Source: Octopus vulgaris (Eukaryota). From it: 64,000 bases of DNA. Positions within the stretch are counted from its first letter, which is position 1. Every line of letters begins with the position of its first letter. The stretch is from positions 63,116,001-63,180,000 of the forward strand of contig OX597826.1 of assembly GCA_951406725.2 (NCBI GenBank). The letters are read 5' to 3'. Shown here in pieces: positions 43,150 through 56,234 of the stretch. The notes below the pieces were generated by a model. It saw only the letters and a program-made list of their open reading frames with translations, was not told the DNA's origin and made no database searches. The translations under genes were made by a program, and so were the position numbers.

Positions 43150-43475
43150 ATAGTTACAGAGATGTACTTGCATAGCAAGTGACTTGATCTGAGATCGTGT
43201 GCTGGAACGAAAACAGTTGCAGCGTTGAAGGTGTTTATAAGCCATTTAAGAAACACACAAAAACCGTTAGATTCACTTCAACATTTAAATTTAATTTGTC
43301 AAAATATTTTCGTCGCTTTGAGACCGCGACCTGTTAGCACGATATTTTTGTCAGTGAACAGGTCGCGGTCTCAAAGCGACGAAAATATTTTGGCAAATTA
43401 AATTTAAATGTTGAAGTGAATGTAACGGTTTTTGTGTGTTTCTTAAATGGCTTACAAACACCTTCCACGCTGCAA
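43150..43475. repeat. palindromic Penelope-like insertion, about 119-bp arms (43217-43335 / 43357-43475)
   Basis: Near-perfect arms, TA flanks and a unique extension on the left. The right arm begins within a hammerhead fold. Confidence 0.92.
43347..43397 (+). ncRNA. minimal type-I hammerhead fold with swapped C3-G8 pair (core GUGAACA)
   Basis: UUUGUCA-[GUGAACA]-G-GUCGC(GGUCUCAAA)GCGAC-GAA-AAUAUU-U^UGGCAAA: 7-bp stem I (the other arm reads UGACAAA), 5-bp stem II, palindromic stem III. Confidence 0.65.
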
Positions 43476-44550
43476 TATATATATACACACATATATATAT
43501 ATATGTATGTATGTATGTATGTGTGTATATGTGTATGCATGTATGTGTGTGTGTGTGCGTGTCTGTGCTTGTGATTGTCCTCCACCACTGCTTGACAATG
43601 AATGTTGGTTTGTTTACATCCCTGTCACCTAGTGGTTTGACAAAGGAAACAGATAGAATAAGTACAATGCTTACAAAAATAAAACTGGAGTTGATTCATT
43701 AAACTACAATTCTTCAAGGCATTGCCTCAGCATGGCCACAGACCAATGGCTGGAAAAAGCAGAAGAATAAAAGAATACATTCTCTGCTTTGGTCTTATGT
43801 TCAAGGCATGAGAAAGCTTGAGTTTACATGAGAAGGCCTAACAGACCTGGTAGAAACAGCAGCCAAATCTCCCCCAAATCACACCTTACTGTCTTATCTA
43901 TGTATATATGTATGTATGAGCCTATGAGGGAGACCCCTACATGGCAGCTAGACATGGTAGAAATAGCAGCCAAATCTCCCTCAAATCACACCTTACTGTC
44001 TTATCTTTCTGCTACTTGGATATAGGTCTTATATTCGTCGTAAAAAACTTTCCTGTCACACACTCACGCACACGCACACACACACACACACGCACCCTCA
44101 CACACACACACACGCGCACACACACACACACACACACTCACACACACGCACGTTAGCTTACAATTTTATTTATATATTTGCGTGTCTATGTGTGGAAAGA
44201 GGAAGTGGGAGGCAGAGTGAAAGAATCACTCACTACAGTAAGTGAATTACTTTCATTTTATTCGTTGCCCACTGTGTGTGTGCGTTTGCGTGTGGTGTAA
44301 ACCAGACTAAGAAAAGCATTTGACACACACCAGAATGTGAGTTTTCTGTAAATTTTGCTTAATTGGAGTTTAAATTTTAAAAACTGGACCTGGCATGACG
44401 CGATGCATTGTACTCTTAAAAATGCTAGGTAAATTGTAATTGAAGAAATCCTATATTGTAGATTTCTATAACTCCCAAAGGGAGGCAGATAAAATCTGCC
44501 TTTTATAATAAGAGATATATACAATATATGTGTGTGTATATATATATATA

Positions 44551-44899
44551 CACTAGCACTATGACCCGGCAACGCCGAGTCATAGTGCTAGTGCATGCAT
44601 ATACAGGTGCGTGCGTGCGCACATACACGCGAGTACTGTCCAATCACATACAGCTAGCAAGCTTTCAATTGGCATATCAAGTTTCGGGAATTTTGATTGG
44701 GTTTTGGATAGAAAATTTACAAAAAGTCACTTCTATTGATTTTTTAATGACTTTTCGGGGTGACTGGGGAAATGTAAAGATGTGCACGACCACCCTTGGA
44801 CGGTTTTGAATGACCATAGAAAGTGCGAGCCCGCTAACTGAAAAATTGTGGATTTGTATAAAGGACACGCACACAGACATTTTGCCGTTTATATATATA
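44551..44899 (+). mobile_element. Helentron/DINE-1-like non-autonomous element
   Basis: 5' hairpin CACTAGCACTATGAC-CCGGCAACGCCGA-GTCATAGTGCTAGTG and 3' CACAGACATTTTGCCGTTTATATATATAG. Confidence 0.65.
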
Positions 44900-45130
44900 G
44901 GCGGCGAGCTGGCAGAAACGTTAGCACGCCGGGCGAAATGCGTAGCCGTATTTCGTCTGCCGTTACGTTCTGAGTTCAAATTCTGCCGAGGTCGACTTTG
45001 GCTTTCATCCTTTCGGGGTCGATAAATTAAGTACCAGTTACGCACTGGGGTCGATGTTATCGACTTAATCCGTTTGTCTGTCCTTGTTTGTCCCCTCTAT
45101 GTTTAGCCCCTTGTGGGTAATAAAAAAAAC
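44900..45130 (+). mobile_element. SINE family B, full-length monomer with Tx1-like tail
   Basis: GGCGGCGAGCTGGCAGAAACGTTAGC...GAGTTCAAATTC (B-box-like)...GCCCCTTGTGGGTAATAAA. Confidence 0.9.
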
Positions 45131-45131
45131 A

Positions 45132-45192
<61 letters not shown>

Positions 45193-45889
45193 TATATATG
45201 CACATATATGTATATGAATATATATACACATGTACATACATGTATATATATATATGCATATATATATAGACATATATATGCATATATATACATGTATGTG
45301 TGTGTGTATGCGTGTGTGTGTGTGTGTCTGATGGTCATCCATACAGTTTTCGTCTACTAGATTCACTCACACTTTCTCTTCGAATACTGAGTGGGTTTTT
45401 GGAGCGATCACAGGTGGTTCATTTCGTTTTCTCCAGGGCATTTTTTTTTCTCCACACTCTTGTAAACAATCCATTTTAACTCATTCCCTTCCATGCAGTA
45501 GGAACTGAACCCGAAACCACATGATTGCAGAGTGAACTTCTCATCGACAAAAGCTCTGTCTGCGCCTATATATTTATTGATTTTTTTTTTATTTCTCTGT
45601 GAGTCAATTTTTTTTGTCTTCATCTGTGTTTGTATCCTGAGACATCGTTTCAAAAATAGATATCAGTTCTTTTCCTTGGAAATGTAAGTCTGCAAAAACC
45701 AAGGTTCGCCTAGACAGACACGTCCCAACCCCCCACCGAAAAACACTACGTCAACAACAACAACAACAGCAACAACAATAGCAACCTCATTGCCTTCACC
45801 ATAAAATCTGTCATCACCCACCACAACCGCAACCACCACTACGTGACCAGCCAACACTATTATAATGTCTATCACGTCCGCTACCGAGC

Positions 45890-47070
45890 GCCTATACTGC
45901 AGCCACAGCCGTCTTCACCACCCTCATGTACATCACGTCCACCAACACTAGCACCACGCCCGCTACTAATGCCAATATCATGCTAACATTACATTAAACA
46001 CAACATCCACCACCATACCAAGGCCAACACCACACCACCACTGCTACCACTACCTCCACGGCTACGACCACCACCACAGCAAGCATCGCCGTACGCCAAT
46101 CATCATCATCGTCCATACCATTAAGACGTCCACCACTGTAAGCATCGATCTACCACTGCCACCAGCACTACATCCTCCATCTGTACCACTGCTGCAACGA
46201 CCGACACTATCACCAACACCATCGCCACAACCACCAATAAGACTAAGACCACTACCACCAACACAACTACTAAGACTACCAAAATAAGCATCCAAGGTAC
46301 CCCCATCAGCATCACCACAACTACCACCACTACCACTACAACTACCACCAACATCACAACCGCCATCACGACCACCACCACAACCACCACCACAACCACC
46401 ATTACCGCAACCACCATCACCACAACCACCATCACCACAACCATCACTGCCATCACCACAACCTCCATCACCACCATCACCGCCACAACCATCACAACCA
46501 CCATCACAACTACCACCACAACATCCATCACCACAACCGCCATCACCACAACCACCATCACCACAACCACCACCACCACCACCATCACAACTACCACCAC
46601 AACATCCATCACCACAACCACCATCACCACAACCTCCATCACCATCATCACCGCTACAACCATCACAACCACTATCACAACCACCACCACAACCTCCATC
46701 ACCACAACCTCCACCACCACAACATCCATCACCACAACATCCATCACCACAACCACCACTGCCATCACCACAACCTCCATCACCACAACCACCACCACAA
46801 CCTCCATCACCACAACCTCCATCACCACAACTACCACCATTACTACAACTCACACTATTGCTACAACAACAAACAGCAAACCCCATCACTCCCACCGCCA
46901 CCACAACAACGACAGCCACTACCACAATAATCATCACCAATACTCCGACCACTACCACCACCACCAACATTAACACAGCGTCCATCACTACTACCACCAA
47001 ACCAAACCAAACCAAAACACTACCACCATCGCCATAACACCCATCACCGCTACAACAACCAACACCACCA
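45890..47070. repeat. degenerate ACC/ACA/ATC trinucleotide tract with a 15-nt CCATCACCACAACC(T/A) unit
   Basis: Low-complexity tract; the 15-mer periodicity is clearest at about 46400-46840. Confidence 0.9.
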
Positions 47071-47386
47071 GCGTTATTCCAACGTGGCATTAGTCTGTTA
47101 CCAAAGATGATATTTAACAGACAATATTGATATTAAATGATTTACAAAAGAAATAAGTCTTCTGACCCTATCCTCGCTTTTATTGTTGTTGTTGTTGTTG
47201 TTATGGCTGCTGTTCATGTTGTCTTTACTGATGCTGATGCTGATGCTGTTGTCGTTGTTGTTGTTGTTGTTTTTGTTGTCTTTTACTGTTGGCTCTTAAT
47301 CAATTGATTCATAAACATTTATCTCAACTCGGAAACTTTCAAGAAAACAATCTTTCTTTCTTCAGCTTCATGCGTCTATGTATTGG

Positions 47387-47462
<76 letters not shown>

Positions 47463-47492
47463 ACAATAATATGTTACATTACTCGATAGTCA

Positions 47493-47555
47493 AGATAAAA
47501 CTCTGAGTTTCAGATGCCGAAGTGGAAATCCACAACACCATCTCTTCGGTTATCT
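47493..47555 (-). ncRNA. type-I hammerhead fold, core CCGAAGA, extended stem II
   Basis: AGAUAA-[CCGAAGA]-GAUG...GUGGA(UU)UCCAC...CAUC-U-GAA-ACUC(A)GAGU-U^UUAUCU, in a TA-flanked insert of about 100 bp. Confidence 0.6.
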
Positions 47556-47557
47556 GG

Positions 47558-47588
<31 letters not shown>

Positions 47589-47835
47589 TACATACATACA
47601 TTTTCAAAATGTAACCGCGTGTGTATCGTTGGCGATTTTCTTCCTCCGTCTGGATCAGTGATTTCATCAGCCTCAGGTACATTTTCTTATCGAATCTCCT
47701 GGGATGAAAGTTGAAGAGCGCAGGCTCGAAACGTAAAAGACCTTCTCACCTTCACGAGCGTTAAACTAAAACACCTGTTCGTTGTTTACACACCTGTCTT
47801 CGTCTTTTGTTTTTCTTTTTTTTTTTTTGCAAAAT

Positions 47836-47893
<58 letters not shown>

Positions 47894-48302
47894 GCCGCTA
47901 TAAAGGCTTTTTCCATTGCGCCAGAGAAAAAATTTGTTTGCTTGTTATCAGTCGTAAGACACTGTTGTTTTCACCGTTAATGCTTCTGTTTTTCATGTTT
48001 CTGTATTCCATTATTGTTTTTTGTTTTTTTATATCTGTCCCTTTTGCTGTCCTGGTGTTCGTATGCATTCGATCCTTCTTCCAGGAAATCTACGCTTCCA
48101 GCTTAGTTTTTCTAATGCTCGTTGCTTAGTTTTTCTTGGAGGGCTGGCCGTGATCTAGTAATCTCAAGATTAATCAGCCGAAATTACTACGATGATCCGG
48201 TTCTTGCCTGAAGACTGAGGGTTTCGAATGTCCTGTCCGTGTTTATTGTATCGTCTTCTAAGAGTTATACGTTCTTGTCCATGTTGTATTTTTCTACATA
48301 CC

Positions 48303-48344
<42 letters not shown>

Positions 48345-48350
<6 letters not shown>

Positions 48351-48734
48351 TCGCCATACTAATATGGCATTCTTATAAAAATAAGAATAAAGTTGTCCGC
48401 TTATTAGCTCCATGAGGCCATCGCCTTAAGTTAGCTATTTGATACACAAACTGTATCCATATAAATAAAAATAAGAATAAAGCTGTCCGCTTATTAGCTC
48501 CATGAGGCCATCGCCTTAAGTTAGCTATTTGATACACAAACTGTATCCATATAAATATGGATACAGTTTGTGTATCAAATAGCTAACTTAAGGCGATGGC
48601 CTCATGGAGCTAATAAGCGGACAGCTTTATTCTTATTTTTATAAGAATGCCATATTAGTATGGCGATAACTATTATTTTTCCGGGAACGCTGCCGCTGTT
48701 CTCTTTTAGAGAGACTTAGTAATTTTAATATTTC

Positions 48735-48740
<6 letters not shown>
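48345..48740. repeat. palindromic insertion in (TA)n with a 90-bp direct duplication in the left arm
   Basis: Direct repeats at 48375-48464 and 48465-48554; axis CCATAT-AA-ATATGG at about 48553; mirror arm to 48672; unique extension to 48740. Confidence 0.92.
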
Positions 48741-48776
<36 letters not shown>

Positions 48777-49009
48777 TATATTAGAGATAAAACCACCATT
48801 AGGCAAATATATATACACACACATACGATGGGCTTCTTTCAGTTTCTTTCTACCTAATCCACACGGCTTTCGTCGGCCCGAGGCTATAGTAGAAGACACT
48901 TGCCCAAAGCACCACGTAGTGGGACTGAACCTAAACCGTATGGTTGTGAATCAAGCTTCTTACCGCATACAAGTTTTGCAAAAACATTTCTGAAAATATC
49001 AATTGGCCT

Positions 49010-49575
49010 CAGCTGGATTTGAAACGGGAACATAAAGAATTAAAACAAATACTACAAGGCATTTTTATCCGGCACTCTAACGATTCTGCCGATCTGCCGC
49101 TTTTTCTTCTGGTTAATACTAATAGCATCAAATTTTGGCACAAGGTCAGGAATTTTAGAGAAAGGAACAAGTCGATTGTATCGATCCCAGTATTCAACTG
49201 GTACCTGTTTTATTGAGTCCCAAATGATGAACGGCAGAGTTGGCCTTGGAGGCATTTGAGCTCGAAACCAAGAGATTCAGAACACATACTGCAAAATATT
49301 TATTCCGGCTCTCTCACGATTTTGCCAGCTCACCACTTGGTCTGATTAAATAATTCTTCCTTATTTTGGCACGAGGCCAGTAATTTTGAGGGGATGGGGA
49401 AGTCGATTACATTGACACTAATAGTACTAGATTGGTACTTTATTCTATTGACTCCGGAAGGATGTAAAGCAAAGTCAACCTCGGCGAAATTTTGAAATCA
49501 GAACTTAAAGAGGTGAAAGAAATGCCGGTAAGTATTTTGTCCGATGCGCCGACGATTCAAAAAGTTTGTTGCCTT
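49010..49575 (-). mobile_element. three adjacent old SINE family B copies
   Basis: Repeated diverged matches (TTTTGGCAC.AGG.CAG...AAGTCGATT...GGTAC...ATTTGA.CTC...ACGATT.TGCC). Confidence 0.7.
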
Positions 49576-50434
49576 CCTGACATTAAATAAAAAGAGACGA
49601 GCATACACAAGTTCTCCACCGAACCACGCCATAAATTTGAACACATTTATCAAAACCTCAAGACCCAACGTTTTATTCTTTACGTTGTTTATTTACCTAC
49701 GAGAATTATCCACCGAATATCATTCAAGTTATATGTTGACGTATTTGAAGATAATATCGTTCTAGAATACGGTTTGTCTTAGAATTAAAAGACAAGATAT
49801 TCACAGCTAGAACATCTTTGATCCTTGGGCTGGCCGAGGGCTAAAAAACCAAAGAACAATTCGTTTATACTACATCGAAGACTTATACAAACTACCGAAC
49901 ACAGTATGGTTCTCTTTGTATGTGTTATGGCCGCTAGCCGGCTGCAAAAATGAGGCTTCGGTGAGAGGTTATGATAGTTCCATTGTTATTGTTTTCATGT
50001 TGTCGGTGTTACTTTTTGCTGTTGTTGTTGTTGTTGTTGTTGTAAATGTTCTTGTTGTTGTAGTCGTGGTGGTGGCGGCGGTGGTGGTGATAGTGATGGT
50101 GTTGGTGGTCGTGGTCGTAGTCGTGGTGGTCGCCGTGGTTATTGTTCTTGCGATTAGTTGTTATCGATTTTGTTGCCTTATTGTCAAAGTGTGAATCCAT
50201 GAACTTTTATAATCCTACTGTACACGGTTTCGAATTTAGTCCATCATTTTTTCGTGGTGCGGCAGAAGAATTTTGTGGAGCTACCTGTAGAAGGTAAACG
50301 TGAAGGGTTCAAGCGGGAGGTAGAGAAATGAAAAGGAGCAATTATTCTTTGCGGCATAATTCAACTCCAAATAACTAACAACTTAGTTCATGTATGTCTT
50401 TGTGTGTGCGCGTGCGCGTGTGTGTGTGTATACT

Positions 50435-50645
50435 CTTCCACTCTTTTACTTGTTAAAGTCATTTGACTGCGGCCGTGCTGGAGCACCGCCTTAAAAGTTT
50501 TTTAGTCGAAAAAATCTACCACAGGATTCATTCTTTGTAAACCTAACATATATTCTATCCGTCTCTGTTGCCGAACCGCTACGGGACCGTAAACACACCA
50601 ACACTGTTTGTCAAGCGATGCCGAGGGGACAAACACAGATACAAA

Positions 50646-50728
<83 letters not shown>

Positions 50729-50775
50729 CGGTGCTCCAGCATGGCCGCAGTCAAATGACTGAAACAAGTAAAAGA
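50435..50775. mobile_element. SINE family A 3' half (minus, 50435-50650) and an oppositely oriented tail fragment (plus, 50726-50775)
   Basis: GGCGGTGCTCCAGCATGGCCGCAGTCAAATGACT is present in both orientations. Confidence 0.8.
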
Positions 50776-50802
50776 GATATAACTTTATCTTTCTCCATTC
50801 TA

Positions 50803-50854
<52 letters not shown>

Positions 50855-51064
50855 CCACCTCTGTCCGGCTGTCGCCGTTATCGCTCGCTAGCCACTAATG
50901 CTTTTTTTAATTCTCTGTTTATTTTCTCGTGTTCCTTTCAGTTGAAGAGCGCAGGCTCGAAACGTAAAATACCTTCTCACCTTCACGAGCGTTAAACTAA
51001 TACACCTGTTCGTTGTTTACACACCTGTCTTCGTCTTTTGTTTTTCTTTTTTTTTGCAAAATCC

Positions 51065-51128
<64 letters not shown>

Positions 51129-51510
51129 TATATTAGAGATAAAACCACCATTAGGCAAATATATATACACACACATACGATGGGCTTCTTTCAGTTTCTT
51201 TCTACCTAATCCACAAGGTTTTCGTCGGCCCGAGGCTATAGTTGAAGACACTTGCCCAAAGCACCACGCAGTGGGACTGAACCCGAAACCGTGTGGTTGT
51301 GAATCAAGCTTCTTACCGCATACAAGTTTTGCAAAAACATTTCTGAAAATATCATACATGTATTGAGTAAAGATTTTATGCACCAAATAAAGTATTACTG
51401 TTAAGCTGAAGCTGTTGCTAATGTGAAAAGAAATGAAATGGTGAAACTATGTTTTTCGTTTTCTGAAAAAGCAACGTTTTGGAATTATGACACTCTTTCA
51501 TAGTAGCAAC

Positions 51511-51595
<85 letters not shown>

Positions 51596-51711
51596 GTTTC
51601 TTTATTGGCCACACAGGGCTGCACACAGATGGGACAAGTTACAAGGTAGAGCTTTTCTTTTGGGGGATGAAAGAAAAAAAGGTAGCGTAGTTTTTCGATC
51701 AAAAGGGATCG
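51596..51711 (-). mobile_element. extreme 3' end of the Tx1-like LINE, inserted in (GATA)n
   Basis: Near-identical to 7341-7467, with pure (GATA)n on both sides. Confidence 0.85.
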
Positions 51712-51800
<89 letters not shown>

Positions 51801-52270
51801 CGCAGGCTTTCACACACTTTCCGTCAACCATATTCACTCACAAGGCCCCCACCAGGACTATACCTTTTATTTTTCATGTTTATTTGTTTCGGTCATTAGA
51901 CTGCGGCCATGCAAGGGCACCGCCTTGGAAAATTTTTAGTTGAATGGATCGACCCCAGTACTTGCTAAGGTACGGAGATGTAAACACACCAACACCAGTT
52001 GTCCAGCGGTGGGGGAGGGACAAACACTAACACAAAGACACACACGTAGGCAAATATATAGGCATATATATAGGCCAGCTGGACTGGAGTCTAGGTTTGT
52101 CCCAACTGTGTTCATGGATTGTTCTTTTATTATTTGAAATTTATGTATCATCTGATGAAAACCGTTTCTTTGCTATGGTGTGATGCACTCATTGGACTAT
52201 TATAAAAAATGCGTTAGAAACAGCTGTAATGAACTGACATTCATCCATCGTTTAATATTTATTTATTTGC

Positions 52271-52332
<62 letters not shown>

Positions 52333-53598
52333 TTTATGTATATATTTGTTTCTAATTATTGTGAACTTAGGTTAAGTTAAATCAAATTACAAATTTCGAA
52401 TACCAACTTCTAAATACTAATCGATGTGAAGAGTCGATACGAGTTTAATTAATTTATGCGCATGTATGTCTGTATGCATGTATGTCTGCATGCATGTATG
52501 TATGTATCTATGTATGTATGTATGTATGTATGTATGTATTATGCATGTATGTATGTACGTATGTATGTTGGGTGATGGGCATGACTTTAAACTGCTTCCG
52601 ATAGTGGGGCTCTTGTTCAGCAGTTCCAGGGCTTTGGGGAGTTGGGACCACTTCTTAGCCACCACTGTTTCCATGTCTACTCTACTCTATGTAATGAATT
52701 ATGGTCCTTTACCTATTTCACAAACCTGTAATGCACTACCGGAAACTTTGCTTATATGTCGCTGAGGTTCGAATAACAGATTGAAGCATTAATCGTCCGA
52801 TAATTGTCGAGGAACTCTGGCTATGAAACTCAGAGTCGGGATGTATTATCGTAAACAAACTATATCATTTAATACGTGCGTGTATGTGTATCCCTCTGAT
52901 GACACCGTTCCAGATATATTTGTTTCTTTATTATCTGCAAGTGACCTTTTTGTTTTCCTTTTATTTTTGCTTTTCCCACAGTTTGCTTGTTTGTTAGTTA
53001 GTGTTCTGTTGTTGTTGCTGTTGTTGTTGTTGTTGTTGTTGTTGTTGCTGCTGTTGTTGTCGTCGTCGTCGTTGTTGTTGTTCTTGTTGTTGTGGTTACT
53101 GTTGTTGTTGTTGTTGTTGTTTCCAATTCGCTTTGAGCAGCCGTTAGTTATCAATAGTATTTATTCAAAGAAAGGCCTCAAGGAAACATGCTCATTTCTT
53201 CAGCAATAACATTCTCTGTAATTACACTTCGTCGTCTATTGTGTCAAATATCTGATATCAAATGAATTTCCTATTGCCTGTTGGAATTGTCTTCAATAGT
53301 TTTCGCTGGATACGGAAAGGAAAAATGTAAACTGCGAAATAGAAAAGAGTAAAGAAAGAAACAGACAGAGAGAGAGGGAGAAAGGGGGAGAGAGTATAGA
53401 GAAAGAATTTTTGTGTAGTGGGTGATGATGTATAGGTGTTTGTACGTGGTTCTGTCTGATGTGTGACTATAAGCACAGATGAGATAGAAATTGTTTCTAG
53501 TATGTAGTATAAGTATGTGCATGCGTGTGTCTGTGTGGGTGTCTTGTAATGTGAAAGCAAGGAGTTCAATGAAATACAATGAAATATTGAGGGTATAC

Positions 53599-53647
<49 letters not shown>

Positions 53648-53702
53648 TTTTTATCTGTGTATATGTATATATAGATATATGAACATACATAGATACTTAA
53701 GC

Positions 53703-53753
<51 letters not shown>

Positions 53754-54354
53754 CATACATACATACATATATACACATATATACATATACATATATATAG
53801 ACATATATATATATATATATATATGTGTCTATATATATGTATATGTATATATGTGTATATATGTATGTATGTATGTATGCATGCATGTATTTATATGTAT
53901 GTATGTATGTATGTATGTACATATGTATGCATGCATGTATGTATGCATGCATGTATGATCTTACAAACGTATAATGGGGAATCTCAATGGAATACGACGC
54001 CCGCTGATGAAGTAAGACCAAAAAAGAACAGGAAAATATAAGAAGAAAAGAAAGGGAGAAAGAAGCCTTCCTTGTCTTGTTTACCTGTAATACGTCTTCT
54101 ATCATACCAGGTGTTCGATATCGAACAGAATGTGTTGCTATTTCCAGGCGGTGAAGGTTTGTTGTTGTGTTGAGGTAATATATAGGTGTCAGTGTTGGAA
54201 AATTTGTAGAAGGACGACAAGCGTTAATGAGTTGGATGGTGAGGGCGGTCGAAGAAGGGTTTAAAGCGGCGGGGGGGGGACGTTCGGGGTAATCTTTGGA
54301 GGAGAATGTTTTGAAAAGACACGAAAGGAAATTAAAGAAAGGATATTAAAAACG

Positions 54355-54745
<391 letters not shown>

Positions 54746-54779
54746 ACATACATACATTCATATATATATATAAACATAC

Positions 54780-54811
<32 letters not shown>

Positions 54812-55899
54812 ATGTATGTATATGTATGTGTATATATATATATATATATATATACGTATAGACGCTCAAAGAGAGAATGAGATAAGAGACATGATTGATA
54901 CAACGCTAGCTAGCTAGATACATACATATGCACTCACACATACAGATGTATATATGTACATATATATATACACATGTACATATATATGCATATATATATA
55001 TGTATAGAGAGAGGGGGAGAGAGAGATGTATATAGATAGATTGATTGATATGTGTGCATATGTATATATTTATATATAATACGTACATATTTAGATATAT
55101 ATATATGTACATATATATATATATATATACACTCATATATATAGATACAAATATATGTATGTATTTCTATGCCCTTATACATCATGAGTATATGTATTTA
55201 TGCATATACATGTGTGTGTGAGCATGTAAGTGCATACGTGTTAATGCGTACGTGAATGTGTATGTACGCATATGTGTGAGTGAGTATGTGTGTGTGTGTG
55301 TGTGTATGTATGTGTGTGCGCATTCGCACGCCCGCATGTAGCTGTAACTTGTTAGTCACGAAATTTTCCAAGAGTTTTGCTGTGAGTTAACTGCCAAGCA
55401 CTCAACATCTCCTCCAGGCAGTTCGCTTCGTGTATTGATGTGTCTCCGTCTCGCTCTTGTTGACGCTCTGTCTTTTCCACATGTCTCCCGTCGTTCTAAT
55501 TGGTCGTGTCTGATGTTATCCTGTGTGAATGTATATATTTATGTTGTCTGGGGACATCGCAGTGGGATATATCAAGATCTCGTTCATGAGAGAGACGAAG
55601 TTGTCGTCAAATATTGTTGCATGCTTTTTTTTTTTCTTTATCAATCCAATATATAATTACTGCTGCGTATTTTTAAACTGTTGTTAACAGAGAATGCTGT
55701 CAAAACCTTTGATATTGTTTGTGTCTTTAGTCTGTTTCTTTCTGTTGTTGAAATTTTGTTGGAGTTTTTTTTTTCGAGTTCTTGTTTTTGTTTTTACCAC
55801 TGTTGCTACTGCTGCTGCTGCTACAGTTGTTTCAACTGTTCTTGTTATTGCTGCTGCTGTTGCTGTTGCTGTTGGTGTTGAGCGAAGCGGTCTCCGTCC

Positions 55900-56234
55900 T
55901 CTTGGGAGAAGTCCGAAACGTGGTCCTTTGCTATTCGTAAAACCCGCAGAAGAGAAAGCAGATCAACCCCCGACACCAAGAGCATCGGCAGATGGATGAA
56001 TGCGCATCCAGGCTCAGCGGTTGCGTTGGAAGTCGAGGGCAAGAAACAGGAAGAAAGAGTGAGAGAAAGTTGGAGCGAAAGAGTACAACAGGGGTCGCCA
56101 CCAACCCCTGCCGGAGACTCGTGGAGCTTTAGGCGTTTTCGTGCAATAAACACACACAACGCCCAGTCTGGGAATCGAAACCGCGATCCTCCGACTGCGA
56201 GTCCGCTGCCCTAACCATTGGGCCATTGCGCCTC
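55900..56234 (-). mobile_element. SINE family C with a different 3' tail
   Basis: Head and body match 35940-36112; the 3' portion differs. Confidence 0.8.

Larger units (their letters stand above)
47709..51354 (+). repeat. local duplication: 47709-47838 + 48773-49001 versus 50940-51354
   Basis: The same composite (hammerhead fragment, (TA)n, AATTATATTAGAGATAAAACCACC, SINE A head, unique tail) occurs twice. The first copy carries about 850 bp extra inside the (TA)n. Confidence 0.92.

Noticed and set aside
46062-47090. 342-aa Gly/Cys-rich ORF (minus) and a Thr-rich mucin-like frame (plus)
   Set aside because: Several frames are open simply because the tract is degenerate ACC/ATC/ACA repeat. 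The triplet register shifts at both ends, and no splice signals or unique domain were seen.
48195-48270. Minus-strand GAAACCCTCAGTC as a hammerhead 3' half
   Set aside because: No matching 5' core or stem II could be placed.
52152-52170. Canonical CTGATGA at 52152 and 54004 as hammerhead cores
   Set aside because: Neither is followed by a stem II, GAAA, NUH and complementary stem I arrangement.
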